The position numbers were made by a program, and so were the translations under genes. A stretch of 64,000 nucleotides of DNA from Hypanus sabinus (Eukaryota), in assembly GCF_030144855.1 (NCBI RefSeq), contig NW_026781490.1, positions 124,001-188,000 of the forward strand, written 5' to 3'. The notes under the pieces were generated by a model. The model did not search any database and was not told the origin of the DNA. It was given only the letters and a program-made list of their open reading frames with translations. Each line of letters begins with the position of its first letter. Position 1 is the stretch's first letter. This document shows, piece by piece, positions 1 through 12,259 of the stretch.

Positions 1-130
1 CCCTGACCAGTGGTGAGGAGAGTGGTTAGGTACATCTCTGGCACTTCATCTACTTGCAGTTGGCGTCCAGCCCCGACACCTCTTCTTATCGTGGTGATTT
101 ACCACAATAACAGGACCCCCTGATTTGCGG

Positions 131-962
131 TGTTACGAACCCCGTAACTGGGTCACTTACCAGCAAAGATAGAGAGCTCCGTTGAAGTCTGATGGTACTA
201 TTTTTAACAGTATTTATTAGAAAAAAAACAAAAATAACATCAATACAAACATACAGATAATATACGTCGTCAACACTAAAACTAAAATTGCGGGTATAAT
301 AATAATCAATAAGAAATAGCTCTATCGTTGTCTAGGGGATAATGTATTGTCCGATGGAAATATAAAAGTCACTCAGTTCATTCAGGCTGCAGCCTTTGGT
401 TGGAGTCAAGAGAGAGATTTTTAGAAACTTGCCTGCTTTTCCTTTTTATGATTTCGATCCGACGAGAGTTCCGTTGGTGTAGCCAGTCCTTTAGCTAAGC
501 CGTTCTTCCGTGGTAAGGCCGCCAATCCCAGGCAAGGGAAAGGACGCACGCGAGCCCCACCGGCTGTCGCTATTAAACGCTATCACGGGATTCCTAGCGT
601 TTCTCCTGGTGCGTCTGAAGGGGTTGTTCCCCAGACCCTCTTTTATCCTTACTCACGGGGATTCAAATGTCAATCAGGTTGGGATGATGCAATCCCTCAA
701 CCAGCCCACTCTGGTCATTCCCTGAGGTCTTCAATGAATAGTACAGTACTCAATACACAATTCCGTCTCCAAGAGACAATGGCCGTTATCCGTGGCTTTG
801 TCTTGTGGAGGCCAGGACACATTCCAAACCGTGTGTATTCTGGACGTCTCTCTCTCATTTCCTGGGTCCCAGACCCGAATTAATAGCGATCTTGCGATTC
901 TCAATAATGAGGGGGCTACTTTGTACCCTTCGGCCCCTCAGAGTTGTGGCACTTTCGTAACA
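131..962 (-). mobile_element. Solo LTR, Gypsy-like
   Basis: Termini TGTTACGA...TCGTAACA; flanks GCGG (127-130) and GTGG (963-966) form a 4-bp TSD with one CpG-type change; TTTATT near 213 is a minus-strand polyA signal. Confidence 0.85.
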
Positions 963-1522
963 GTGGACTCCATTGTCACCAGGTGGCGCTCTGCCGCAAT
1001 AACGCTGAGAGACAAAAAAGTGACGCTTCAGCCTGCTGAAATGTTTATTCAAGATTCAGGGTTGTTTAATTCCATTTCCAGCAGACACATGTAAATGAGG
1101 TCGAAATAATTATTACTCCGGTTCCAATGCAACACAGAAACACAACAGTAACAACATATAGCCACGGCTTATATACTGTGCACGGATTGATGGTATGTTC
1201 ATAAAGTGATGCTCGGCATAGGATGCCTGCATTTAAGATGACAGACAGGAAACGATTAAGCAGAGGTGTTTGGTGTTGCGGAAGGGTGGGTTAGAGGATA
1301 GAGCTATTTATCAGCTTTACTGCTTGGGAAAAGTAGCTGTCCCGGAGGCTGGTAGTCCTGGTGAGGACGCTGCTTATCTACCCCCGATGGGAGTGAGACA
1401 AATAGTCCATGAGTGGGATGGGTGACGGTAGAGTGTGAAAATTAGATTGGTGCTTGATCTCAAGAGAGGGAATTTGGAAAATACCAATGAGATGCCTTTC
1501 AGAACAGATTGGGATTGTGCAG

Positions 1523-1768
1523 CCGGCTGGTGGCGTAGTGGCATCAGTGGCAGGAGGTCCTGAGTTCGAATCCAGCCGGCACCCTTGCATGCTCTACATC
1601 CATGCTGGTTTAAGAGCTGATGATCTCTTAAAAAATATCTCACCCGGCAGAAGGCAAATACAACAATGAGAAGCCATTGCTGTAACTAGCCTCGCACACG
1701 ATTTCCCAATACGTCAGAGGAAATCGCCCGCTAAATTGAAAATCCCGGATGTGACCTACCTTTCCTTT
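1523..1768 (+). mobile_element. tRNA-derived SINE inserted in a CR1 fragment
   Basis: A box TGGCGTAGTGG (1531) and B box GAGTTCGAATCC (1562); body matches 12535-12790. Confidence 0.8.
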
Positions 1769-2199
1769 GCAATTGTGCCCACTGCGGAAAAGTTAATTCT
1801 GGAATGAACCAAATTTGATTGGGGAGCTTTTGGTAAAGGGAGCAGGTGATAATGATAATATCATGACTGAATTCACCCTTCACTTTGAGAGGGGAAAGGT
1901 AAAACAAGATGCATCATTATTAGTGGAGTGAGGGGAACTACAGAGGCACTGGAGAAGAGCTTACCAAAATTGATTGGAAGGCTACACTGGCAGGGATGAT
2001 GGCAGAATAGCAATGGCAGGAGTTGATCCACTTGACACCCTCAGGGTTGAAGAGAAACACATCATATTCCAACTGCATAGCTCCAACCTGAAGGCATGAA
2101 TATCGATTTCTCCTTCCATTAAAAAAAATCACAGCCCATTGCCTTTCCTTCTACTTACTCCTGAGTAACGTGACATTGCACATTCTGACCACTGACATC

Positions 2200-3200
2200 T
2201 GGGACTTCCATACTCCTGCCAGTGTCTTCCAAAGAGTACGATACTTATTCAGTTCATCAGCCATCACCTTTCACCCTCTCCCCATTATTCCCTCTCCAGC
2301 ATCATTCTCCAGTGGCTTGATATCCATTTCTGTTTCACTTTTACATTATATGTACCTGAAATTAAAAATGGTATCCTCTTTAATATTACTGGCTAGCTCA
2401 CCTAAGTATTCCATCTTTTCCTTCTTAATGATTTTAGTTGCATTCTGTTCATTTTTAAAACTTCCCAATTCTCTAACTGCCTGGTGACTTTTGTTCTGTG
2501 CCCTCTTTCGTCTTTATGTTGTCTTTGGTTTCTCTTAGCAGCTACGGTTTTGTCACCTTACCTTTAGAATACTACTTCCTCTTTGTGATGTGTATATCCC
2601 GTCACTTCCAGAAATTCCAGCCATTGCTGCTTTGTTTTCATCCCTGCCCGTGTTCTTTCCAAATCAATTTTGACCAAATTTTCTCTCAGGCCTCTCAAAT
2701 TATATTTTTATTCATATCTGACATTAGTTTCTCCTTCTCTAATGTCGGGGTGAATTTGATCATATTAAGATCACTTGTCCCAAAGGGTTCCTTGAAATTA
2801 AGTGACCTAATTAATTCCGGTTTGTTACATCACCCAATCCAGAATAGCTGATCCCCAAGTGGGCTCAACCACGAGCTGCTCTAAAAAAGCATCTTGTAGG
2901 CAATCTAGGAATTCCTCCTCTTGAGACCAACACCATCCTGATTTTCCTAATCACCTGCATGACAATCCCCCATGAATATTGTAACATTGCTCTTTTGGCA
3001 CTCATTTTCTATCTCTCATTGTAAATTGTGGACCACATGATGTTTTGGGGCCACTATACAATTCCATTCAAGGATTTTTTTGTACATTTGCTGTTCCTTA
3101 TTTCTACCCACAGATTCTACACTACCCAACCCTATGGCCTCCTCTTATCTAATGATTTTATTTAATATTTTACCAACAGAGCCACACAACCCCACTACTG
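2200..3200 (-). mobile_element. Decayed CR1 LINE ORF2 fragment
   Basis: Reverse-complement similarity to CR1 pieces at 6695-6950 and 26160-26872; broken reading frame. Confidence 0.65.
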
Positions 3201-3239
3201 GCTTGTTATTTCACTAAACATATAAATATCTGGGAAACA

Positions 3240-3362
3240 GGAGAACCTGCAGATGCAAGAAATCAAGAGAAATTCACACAAAGTGCTGGAGAAGTTCAGC
3301 AGGTCAGGCAGCATTTATGGATGGGAATCAACATTTCCGGCCATGACCCTTCTTTGGGACTC
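3240..3362 (-). mobile_element. Penelope-like terminal repeat fragment with decayed hammerhead
   Basis: CTGCAGATGC...AAAGTGCTGGAGAAGTTCAGCAGGTCAGGCAGCAT pattern shared with 51363-51490. Confidence 0.65.
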
Positions 3363-3708
3363 GTGATAACAACGTATCTGGAAAATCAACAAGCAAAAAC
3401 AACAGAATGTAGTGCAATATTGGGAAAACCTTTGACAAAATTTATTTCAAGGCTTTAAAAAACTGTGGAACAGAGCTCTATGCTCAACAAATACAACAAA
3501 GGCAATAAACACTTCCATCAATACCGACATTGACTTTTTTTAATGAAAATATCTTAGTCCCATTTCAATCAGTAAATTTTACAAAGATAAGTAAGAACAG
3601 AAATGACAAGTTTAGAAAAGACTACTTACACTCAAACCCACCTAGATTAACACTTCCTTGGACAGAAGGAGGAAGAGGAATAACGCACATGAGAAAAAAT
3701 AATCACAT

Positions 3709-4020
3709 AAGACCATAAGACAAAGGAGCAGAGTTGGCCATTCGGCCCATCGAGTCTGCTGCACAATTTCATCATGAGTGGATCCAATCTGCCCTTCAGT
3801 CCCATTCCCCCACCTTCTCACCATAACCTTGGATGCCCTGACTACTCAGATACCTATCAATCTCTGCATTAAACACATCCAATGACTTGGCCTCCACTGC
3901 TGCCCGTGGCAACAAATTCCACAGATCCATCACCCTCTGACAAAAAAAATTCTCTGATTCTCTGTTCTGAATGGGTCCCCTGCAAACCACAAGTCATGCC
4001 CTCTTGTACTAGACTCCCCC
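3709..4020 (-). mobile_element. CR1 3' end
   Basis: ORF 3796-3990 has FFCQRVMDLWNLLP...FNAEIDRYL (CR1 ORF2 C-terminus), followed by a CR1-type 3'UTR and repeat tail. Confidence 0.85.
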
Positions 4021-4089
4021 AGTCACTCTCGAAATTGCATTCAGCAATGGGGATGCATTCAGCCTGCAGCTTATTGAAACTTTCTCCCC

Positions 4090-4508
4090 AATGTGAACCC
4101 GGTCATGTGTTACAAGGTTAGATTATTGAGTGAATCCCTTCCCATATTCACAACAGGTGAATGGCCCCTCCCCAGTGGAACATAATGATGCAGCCTTGGT
4201 GGAGACGGTTGAGAGAATCTCTCCCCAAAGTCTGAGCAGACGATCAGTGGTGTGAACTCGCTGGTGTTCTAATAGATGAGATGATCGTGTGAAAGCCTTC
4301 CCACATTCACAGGTCGACGGCCTTTCCCCAGTGGATCTCACTGGTGTGCCTGCAGATCAGATGACTGAGTGAATCCCTTCTCACTATCTGAGAGGGTGAA
4401 ATCCCTCTCTGCAGTGTGAACTGACTGGTGTGAAACTAGGTGAGATGATGTGGTGAATCCCTTCCCACAGTCTGAGCAGGTGAACAGCCTCTCCCCCGTG
4501 TGAACTCG
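4090..4508 (-). pseudogene. Finger repeats beyond the ZNF-A stop
   Basis: After TAG the frame continues [31 protein letters not shown], then decays into broken fingers. Confidence 0.8.
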
Positions 4509-5360
4509 CTAGTGACTCTGTAGGTTGAATGATCGAGTGAATCCTTTCCCACAGTCTGGGCAGGTGAACAGCTTCTCCCCAGTGTGAACTTGCTGGTGTC
4601 TCTGTAGGTTAGATGACTGAGTGAATCTCTTCCCACAGACTGAACAGATGTAATCCCTCACTGCAGTGTGAACTGACTGGTGAGTCACCAGGTGAGATGA
4701 TGTGGTGAATCGCTTCCCACAGTCTGAGCAGGTGAACGGCCGCTCCCCAGTGTGAACTAACTGGTGTGCTTGTAGGCTACCTAACTGTGTGAATCCCTTT
4801 CCACAGTCTGAGCAAGTGAACGGCTTCTCCCCAGTGTGAACTCGCTGGTGTGTCTGTAGGTTGGATGACTGAGTGAATGTCTTTCCACAGAATGAGCAGG
4901 TGAATGGCTTCTCCCCAGTGTGAACTGACTGGTGTCTCTGTAGGTGAGATGCCTGAGTGAATCCCTTCCCACAGTCTGAGCAAGTGAACAGCCACTCCCC
5001 AGTGTGAACTCGCTGGTGACTCTGTAGGTTGAATGATCGAGTGAATCCCTTCCCACAGTCTGAGCAGGTGAACAGCTTCTCTCCAGTGTGAACTTGCTGG
5101 TGTCTCTGTAGGTTAGATGACCGAGTGAATGTCTTCCCACAGACTGAGCAGGTGAAATCTCTCACTGCAGTGTGAACTGACTGGTGAATCAGTAGGTGAG
5201 ATGATGTGGTGAATCCCTTCCCACAGACTGAGCAGGTGAATGGCCTCTCCCCAGTGTGAACTCTCTGATGTACCTTCAGTTCAGATGACTGAGTGAATCC
5301 CTTCCCACAGTCCGAACAGGTAAACGGCCGCTCCCTGGTGAGAACTCGCTTGTGAGCCAT
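4509..5360 (-). CDS. ZNF-A: tandem C2H2 zinc-finger protein, about 283 aa, 9 full fingers plus a truncated 10th
   Basis: CxxCGKGF-x5-L-xx-H-xxx-H repeats with TGE(R/K)P-type linkers; ATG at 5360 (MAHKRV) aligns with the ZNF-B and ZNF-C starts; exon acceptor TTTTTACAG at 5760-5761. Confidence 0.85.
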   Translation of the reverse strand: MAHKRVLTRERPFTCSDCGKGFTQSSELKVHQRVHTGERPFTCSVCGKGFTTSSHLLIHQSVHTAVRDFTCSVCGKTFTRSSNLQRHQQVHTGEKLFTCSDCGKGFTRSFNLQSHQRVHTGEWLFTCSDCGKGFTQASHLQRHQSVHTGEKPFTCSFCGKTFTQSSNLQTHQRVHTGEKPFTCSDCGKGFTQLGSLQAHQLVHTGERPFTCSDCGKRFTTSSHLVTHQSVHTAVRDYICSVCGKRFTQSSNLQRHQQVHTGEKLFTCPDCGKGFTRSFNLQSH

Positions 5361-6099
5361 TAGGACAGATGACCGAGTGAATCCTTCCCCCACAAATTCA
5401 ACAGATGACCAGCCTCTGCCCAGTGTGAACTGACTGGAGTGTCCACAGGTGGGAAGACTGACTGAATCCCTTCTCACACACAGCACAGGTGAATGGCCTT
5501 GCCAGTGTAAACTTGCTGACATACATTCAGTTGAAATGACTGACTGAATCCATTCCCACTGTCTGAGCAGATGAATGGTTTCCCCCCTGATTAGAATGAT
5601 GGACATGCCAGTAAGTCAGATGACAGAGTGAATCCCTCCCCACAGTTTGAGCAGAAAGGATGATCGAGTGAATCCCTTGCTCCATTTCTTAAATATCTGG
5701 ACAGAGACAGCAAAACTGTATTTGAGATTTCAGTAGACAAATTTCTTGTCATTTGTAACCTGTAAAAAGATTTTAAAAATCCATCAGTGGGTGTAGAATA
5801 ACATTTCAGATGAGATCACTTGAGTTGTCAAGGTATGATCTGACATCACACTGTTACAGTGAGGTTCAATCCAAGTTGGATGGAGAAATCATCTTCTAAC
5901 TGGGCAGAGTGCTGGTATCTGCAATGAGCATTGAATGCTCTGATGTTCTTCCTGTCTCTATAAGAATGGGGCATTTTTTCCATCTCCAATCTGTGACCTG
6001 CCTCAGTTTGACTCTCTCCATTGGCATTATTCCCTGTTCCCACTGAGCTGCATGGGTGCCTGGCCCCACAGTAACTGAAACACTCTCACACAAATAGCC

Positions 6100-7730
6100 A
6101 GCAGTGCATTCCACACACCCACCACTCTCTGTGTAAAAAACTTACCTCTGACATCCCCTCGGTATCTATTTCCAAGCACCTTAAAACTAATGTCCACTCG
6201 TGTTAGCCATTTCAGACCTGGGGAAAAAAAAACTCTGGCTATCCACACGATCAATGCCCCTCATCATCTTATACACCTGAAAACGGCTCGAAACATAAAC
6301 AAGGAAAGTGTACACTGGTTTGAGGATTTCTTAGAAGTACACAACATTATGAGGGTATAGATAGGATAAATGCAAGCAGCTTTTTCCACTGAGGTTGTGT
6401 GGGATGACAACCAGAGGTCATGGGTAAGTGGGGAAGGTGAAAATTTAATGGGAACATGTGGAAAAGCTCTTCACTGGTCATGACAGTGTGGAATGAGATG
6501 AATATAAGTAGTGAAAATCAGCTCAGTTTCACCAGTTAAAGGAAGCTTGGATGGGACCCTGGGTGGTAGGAGTATGGAGGGTGATGGTCCCGGTGCAGGT
6601 AGTTGCATTAGACTGCTTAAATGTTTTTTGGCATTGTCTAGATGGGCCAAATATCCTGGTTCTGGACTGAACTTCTCCATGTTTCTGTGATAGAGATGCT
6701 GGCCAAACTTGTTTGGAAGGGAAAAGGTAGGAGTGACAACGGAACAGCAATGGCTGGAGATTCTGGAGCAATTCGGGAGCTGAGTGATCGATACATCCCA
6801 ATGAAGTGGAAGCATTGGAAAGGCAGGAGGACATATCCGTGACTGAAATGAGAAGCCAAAGCCAACATAAAAGCCAAAGAGTGGGCAAACAAAAGAGCAA
6901 AGACTATTGGGAAGCTTTTAGAAACCAACAGCAGACAACTTTAAAAAAAAGCCACATGAGCTCAGGGTGTGGAGTCCTGATATTGTCATCATTAATGGGT
7001 CTTGGTAGCACCCAACAGTCTGAAGCATTTGGAGGAACAAAATATCCGGGGCCTCAATATCTCTTGAAAAGCAAGGTTCCCTGCACCTGTAACTTTTCAA
7101 CTTTTATTTTGGCAGGCACATACAAACCCCACACCCTCAAAATTTTACTTCTGAAGGCCTTCCACTTACAAGAACTGTGTTGCCAGGAACGAGCCTGTTC
7201 CAAACCACACTTGTCAGATGTTTCTGATACCATCAAAATTGATCTTTCTCCAATTTAGAATCTCAACCCATGGTCCAGACCTCTCTTTTTCCATATTTAC
7301 TTTGAATTTCATGGCATTATGAACACAAATTCTGTCACCAGCCCTGGATCATTTCCTAACAGCTTATTGTACACTTCTATATCAGAAATTCCACGTACTG
7401 ATTAAGGGCACATTTGACAAACTTTACCCCATCTAGTCCTTTTACAATATGGGAGTCCAGTCTATATATGTAAAGTTAGAATCACTTACTGAATCAACCT
7501 TTGTTTATTGGCATTGTCTGCAATCTCTCTACAAAGTTGTTCCTCTAAATCCCTCAGATTGTTGGGAGCAACCAAATTCCAATAATGGCTACAGTATCAT
7601 AATTCCCTGTCCTGAGCTCATCTGGCTTTCCTACGAGGCTTCTTGCATTATGATATACACAGCTCAGCACATTCATCGCACCATGCTCAACCATTTGATT
7701 GCTGACTCTATCTGAGGTCTGAACAACATC
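6100..7730. mobile_element. Mosaic of CR1 fragments in both orientations (ZNF-A intron)
   Basis: FFTQRVVGVWNAL at about 6105-6280 on - strand; CR1 3' end on + strand at 6340-6690; same mosaic duplicated at about 31150-32760. Confidence 0.75.
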
Positions 7731-7734
7731 TGAC

Positions 7735-8487
7735 TGGTGTCAAGATAACAAACTCTCCCACATTGTCACATAAACAAAGGAGCTGATTGTGGATTACAGG
7801 AGGACTGGAGACAGGCTAACCCCTGTTGACATCAATGGATCTGGGGTTAAGAAGGTGAACAGCTTTAAATTTGTCAGCATAAACATCACCAAGGATCTCA
7901 CATTGTCTGTACATACTGGCTGTGTTGTGAAAAGAGCACAGCAGCACCTCTTTCACCTCAGATAGTTGAAGAAGTTGGGGACGGGGACCCGAAATCCTAA
8001 GGACTTTCTACAGGGACACAATTGAGAGCATCCTGACTGGCTGCATCACTGCCTGGTATGGGAACTGTGCTTCCATTAATCGCAGGAAACTGCAGAGAGT
8101 GGTGCAGACACCCCAGCGCATCTGTAGATGTGAACTTTCCACTATTCAGGACATTTACAGGGACAAGTGTGTCAAAAGGCCCAAAGGATATCGGGGGCCA
8201 AATTCACCACAACCACAAACTGTTCCTGCTGCTACCATCCAGGAAACGGTACCACAGAAAAAGGACCAACAGGTTCTGGGTCATCATCTTCTACTAGGCC
8301 ATCAAACTGATTAATTCATGCTGATACAATTGCATTTCAATGTTATACTGACTGTCCTATGTACAAACTAACTATTATAAGTTACTATTAATTACACATT
8401 GCACATTTTGGTGAAGATGTAATGTAAAGATTTCTACTCCTCATGTGCAGCAAGGATGTATCGAATAAAGTCAATTCAATTCAATTC
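7735..8487 (+). mobile_element. Rex1/Babar-type LINE 3' fragment
   Basis: TKELIVDYRR...TIESILTGCITAWYGNC motifs; tail AATAAAGTCAATTCAATTCAATTCA. Confidence 0.75.
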
Positions 8488-8489
8488 AC

Positions 8490-8995
8490 CCTCTCCACTA
8501 TCTGTTCTGTCATTCTGGCTCCCATTTCCCCAGCAACTTATTTTAACCACATCACACTCTCCACCCACACTAGCACTAGCAAGCCTTACCACTAGGATAT
8601 CAGTCCCCTCCTGTTCTGTTCCCCTAACTAATGAATTTACTATCACCCCTTTGACTTTTCTCTGTCAGGTAATCTACCCTCCCCACCCCAACAGTTTCTA
8701 AAGTGTTCCACCTGTTGTTGTGTGGGATGACAACAAGAGTTCTCTGTGATGGCTATTTAACTTTATTCCGCTTCCTGACTCTCGCCCAGTTTTCTGTGTC
8801 CTGCACCTTGTGTGTAACTCACCTTTCTTCATGTCATATCTATCTCCTGCTCCAACTCCTGGATGATCCGGAATTCATCCATTTCCAGTTCCAACTCCTT
8901 AAAGTGCAGGGTTACAAGCTGCAGCTGGATGCACACCTTGTAGGTGGGGGCATAAGGGACACTGGAGGTCTCCCCACTTTCCCACAATGTCCCCC
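8490..8995 (-). mobile_element. CR1 ORF1 fragment
   Basis: LWESGETSSVP...CIQLQLVTLHFKELELEMDEFRIIQELEQEID resembles the CR1 ORF1 zinc-finger/leucine-zipper region; inverted paralog at about 45135-45560. Confidence 0.65.
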
Positions 8996-9337
8996 CTAAT
9001 TTGTAATGACCAGTGTGCACATAAATCATGTACCGTGCATTTTTTTGCCCAGTGACATGTGCACAGTGAATTTTATACAGAGAGGTAATCATTTTCACAG
9101 CGAGCAAATCACTGTCGATAAATACTTTGATATCCCCCGGGTTTGATGGAATTCATCTGCACTCTCACACAAACTATGTAGCAGGCCTGTAACGAGTAAT
9201 GAAGAATCATCTCACCAGAGCTTTTGCACATTGTTCATATGTGGTTTGCTTGCTAAATTATGCTTTAAAAAGTCAGGTTTGCAAAGATTACTCCAAGTCT
9301 TTCCACTTGCAAATTCTCCAGCACCTCTTGCATTGTC

Positions 9338-11128
9338 ACAATAGACAATAGGTGCAGAAGTAGACCATTCGGCCCCTCAAGTCTGCACCGCCATTCTGAG
9401 ATCATGGCTGATCATTCACTATCAATACCCAGTCCCTGCTTTGTCCCCATATCCCTTGATTCCCCTATCCATCAGATATCTATCTAGCTCCTTCTTGAAA
9501 GCATCCAGAGAATTGGCCTCCACCGTCTTTTGAGGCAGTGCATTCCAGACCCCCACAACTCTCTGGGAGAAGAAGTTTTTCCTTAACTCTGTCCTAAATG
9601 ACCTACCCCTAATTCTCAAACCATGCCCTCTGGTACTGGACTGTCCCAGCATCTGGAACATATTTCCTGCCTCTATCTTGTCCAATCCCTTAATAATCTT
9701 ATATGTTTCAATCAGATCCCCTCTCAATCTCCTCAATTCCAGCGTGTACAAGCCCAATCTCTCCAATCTCTCTGCGTAAGACAGCCCTGCCATCCCAGGA
9801 ATCAACCTAGTGAATCTACTCTGCACTTCCTCAATTGCCAGAATGTCCTTCCTTAAACCTGGAGACCAAAACTGTACACAATATTCCAGGTGTGGTCTCA
9901 CCAGGGCCATGTACAAATGCAAAAGGACATCCTTGCTCTTGTACTCAATTCCCCTTGTAATAAAGGCCAACATTCCATTTGCCCTCTTCACTGTCTGTTG
10001 CATTTTCTCATTCACCTTCATTGACCTACGAACTAGGACTCCTAGGTCTCTTTGCATTTCTCCTTTACCTAACTCTACACCGTTCAGACAATACTCTGCC
10101 CTCTTGTTCCTGCTTCCAAAGTGGATAACTTCACATTTGTTCGCATTGAATGACATCTGCCAAGTATCTGCCCACTCACACAGCCTATCCAAGTCTCCCT
10201 GTATTCTCCTAACGTCCTCTTCGCATGTCACACTGCCGCCCAGTTTAGTATCGTCAGCAAACTTGCTGATATAGTTTTCCATGCCCTCATCTAAATCGTT
10301 GACATAAATCGTAAAGAGCTGTGGTCCCAATACAGAGCCCTGTGGTACCCCACTAGTCACCTCCAGCCAGTCCGAGAAACACCCATTCACTGCTACCCTT
10401 TGCTTTCTATCTGCCAACCAGTTTTCTATCCATGTTGAAACCCTGCCCCCAATGCCATGAGCTCTGATTTCACTCACCAATCTCCTATGTGGCACCTTAT
10501 CGAATGCCTTCTGAAAATCTAGGTACACAACATCCACTGGCTTACCCTCGTCTAACATCCTTGTTACACCCTCAAAAAACTCCAACAGATTAGTCAAGCA
10601 TGATTTGCCCTTGGTAAATCCATGCTGGCTCAGCCTAATCCTATTACTGCCATCAAGATGTGCCACTATTTCATCCTTAATAATGGACTCAAGCATCTTC
10701 CCCACGACTGACGTTAGGCTAACAGGGCGATAGTTCTCCATTTTCTCCTTCCCTCCCTTCTTGAAAAGTGGGATAACATTAGCCACTCTCCAATCTTCAG
10801 GAACTGATCCTGAATCTAAGGAACATTGGAAAATGATTACCAATGCATCCACAATTTCCTGAGCCACCTCTTTTAGAACCCTCGGATGCAGACCATCTGG
10901 ACTCGGGGATTTATTAACCTTCAGTCCTACCAGTCTACTCATCACAGTTTCTTTCCTAATGTCAATCTGTCCCCTCTGATATTCCTCTGATATCTTATGA
11001 CCATGGCCCATCCATACATCTGGGAGATTGCTTGTGTCCTCCCTGGTGAAGATAGATCTAAAGTACGCATTAAATTCTGTTGCCATTTCCCTGTTTCCCA
11101 TAACAATTTCTCCCAATTCATTCTTCAA
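9338..11128 (-). mobile_element. Young 5'-truncated CR1 LINE with an open ORF2 reverse transcriptase (9422-11128, 568 aa)
   Basis: NYRPVSLTS, YLDFQKAFDKV, GVPQGSVLGP, FADD motifs; 3' tail reads (ACAATAG)2 on + at 9338-9351; no endonuclease domain. Confidence 0.95.
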
Positions 11129-11185
11129 TACACACAGGTAACACCAGTTTCTATATTGGACATAAATATTTCCCCTGAACCCTCC

Positions 11186-11811
11186 TGAGGAATTGAGGAT
11201 ATATAAAAAAAAACCTATGTAACCTATGTAATCTCTGGCTAAAAGAATAATTGGGACTAAATATGAATATTTGAACCAAAGTAAACACTGTCTTCAGTGG
11301 TTAGCTAAGGCAGGCTCATTGCCAGTTCTCTGTGGCTTGCAGAGAGACACACTGAGAGCTGATAACATTGTATACTGTACCGTTGTTAGTTGATACCATT
11401 ATACATTCTACCCTCATTTGAGTAAGGGGCGGAGGACTCACTGATAAGGACAGGAATGAACATCTGTTTGTAATTAAGTCAGGGCTTTGCAAAGGGAATA
11501 AGTGGACAGTACATCCATCCATAATTAAAACCTCAATATAACAAACTCTGTTATCTAAGTAATTAAGATTTGCAGCAACACACTTGGTGGGCATACCAGT
11601 TCAAATAACATCTTGAAATAGTGATGCATGGGGTGTACTGTGTATAAATATACGGCTGTAACCTAAGTCAGTCGACTTGTCAGATAGTGGAAGTGCTTAC
11701 GTGCCTTCCCTGTGACAACTGGGGCTCAAACTCCTGCAGGAGAATGTGCAATAAACTGTGGTGTCGATAAGAAGCTTGTATCTCAAGTTTTATTCAGATT
11801 CAGCTTTAACA
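11186..11811 (+). mobile_element. ERV-B 5' LTR
   Basis: TG...CA ends; TATAAATA near 11643; AATAAA at 11750; PBS directly downstream; starts where homology to 44770 and 61945 stops. Confidence 0.75.
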
Positions 11812-11813
11812 TT

Positions 11814-11831
11814 TGGCATCATGATCAGGAT
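11814..11831 (+). promoter_or_regulatory. Primer-binding site, tRNA-Ser(CGA)-like
   Basis: TGGCATCATGATCAGGAT matches 15/18 to TGGCGTCACGAACAGGAT (recalled vertebrate tRNA-Ser-CGA 3' complement); two of the three differences are CpG transitions. Confidence 0.65.
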
Positions 11832-12039
11832 CTCTATCTACAGAGCACTGAGAAGATGGGCTGAGTAAGCAGCTGAACCACTCTGGGGACTGTGGGGACT
11901 GACCGGGAGCCCAATAGGTATTTTAAATTTGTCGCTCACTGTTAGTTCCTTTGGATGTATGGTGCCTTGCCCAAGGCTGATCACATACCTTGACAGGATC
12001 GGGAAAAAAATCTGTCGGGAGACTAGTATAAGGTAGGCA

Positions 12040-12192
12040 AAAATTTTACCAAGTGGGCAGGAGGCAGTATTGGATAAAGTTTACTAAGTGGCCAGGAGGC
12101 GGTACTGGGTAAACTTTACTAAGTGGGCAGGAAGTAGACATGTCAGGTAAATTCATCAATTGAGCAGGAGGTGCCTGCTGGGTAAATTTATC
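12040..12192 (+). repeat. About four copies of a 36-39 bp tandem repeat in the ERV-B leader
   Basis: Recurring AAAnTTTACTAAGTGGGCAGGAGGCnGTAnTGGGT unit. Confidence 0.8.
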
Positions 12193-12259
12193 TGATTGTT
12201 AATTGAGCTGGAGGCTTTGTGCCTGATAAATTACTTAGAGATAATCGGTTAATTGCAGT

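Noticed and set aside
1523-1600. tRNA-like A and B boxes (also 12535-12610 and 52570-52640)
   Set aside because: No complete cloverleaf or terminator is visible, and each continues into a repeated SINE body, so they are not tRNA genes.
5361-5606. Longer N-termini given by the ORF track for ZNF-A and for ZNF-C (49491-49580)
   Set aside because: They are mostly out-of-frame readings of decayed fingers, and only the downstream Met is shared by all three paralogs. Some upstream in-frame extension cannot be excluded.
12040-12192. Short regularly spaced repeats resembling a CRISPR array
   Set aside because: The context is eukaryotic, the units are degenerate and head-to-tail without unique spacers, and there are no cas genes. 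This is an ERV leader repeat.
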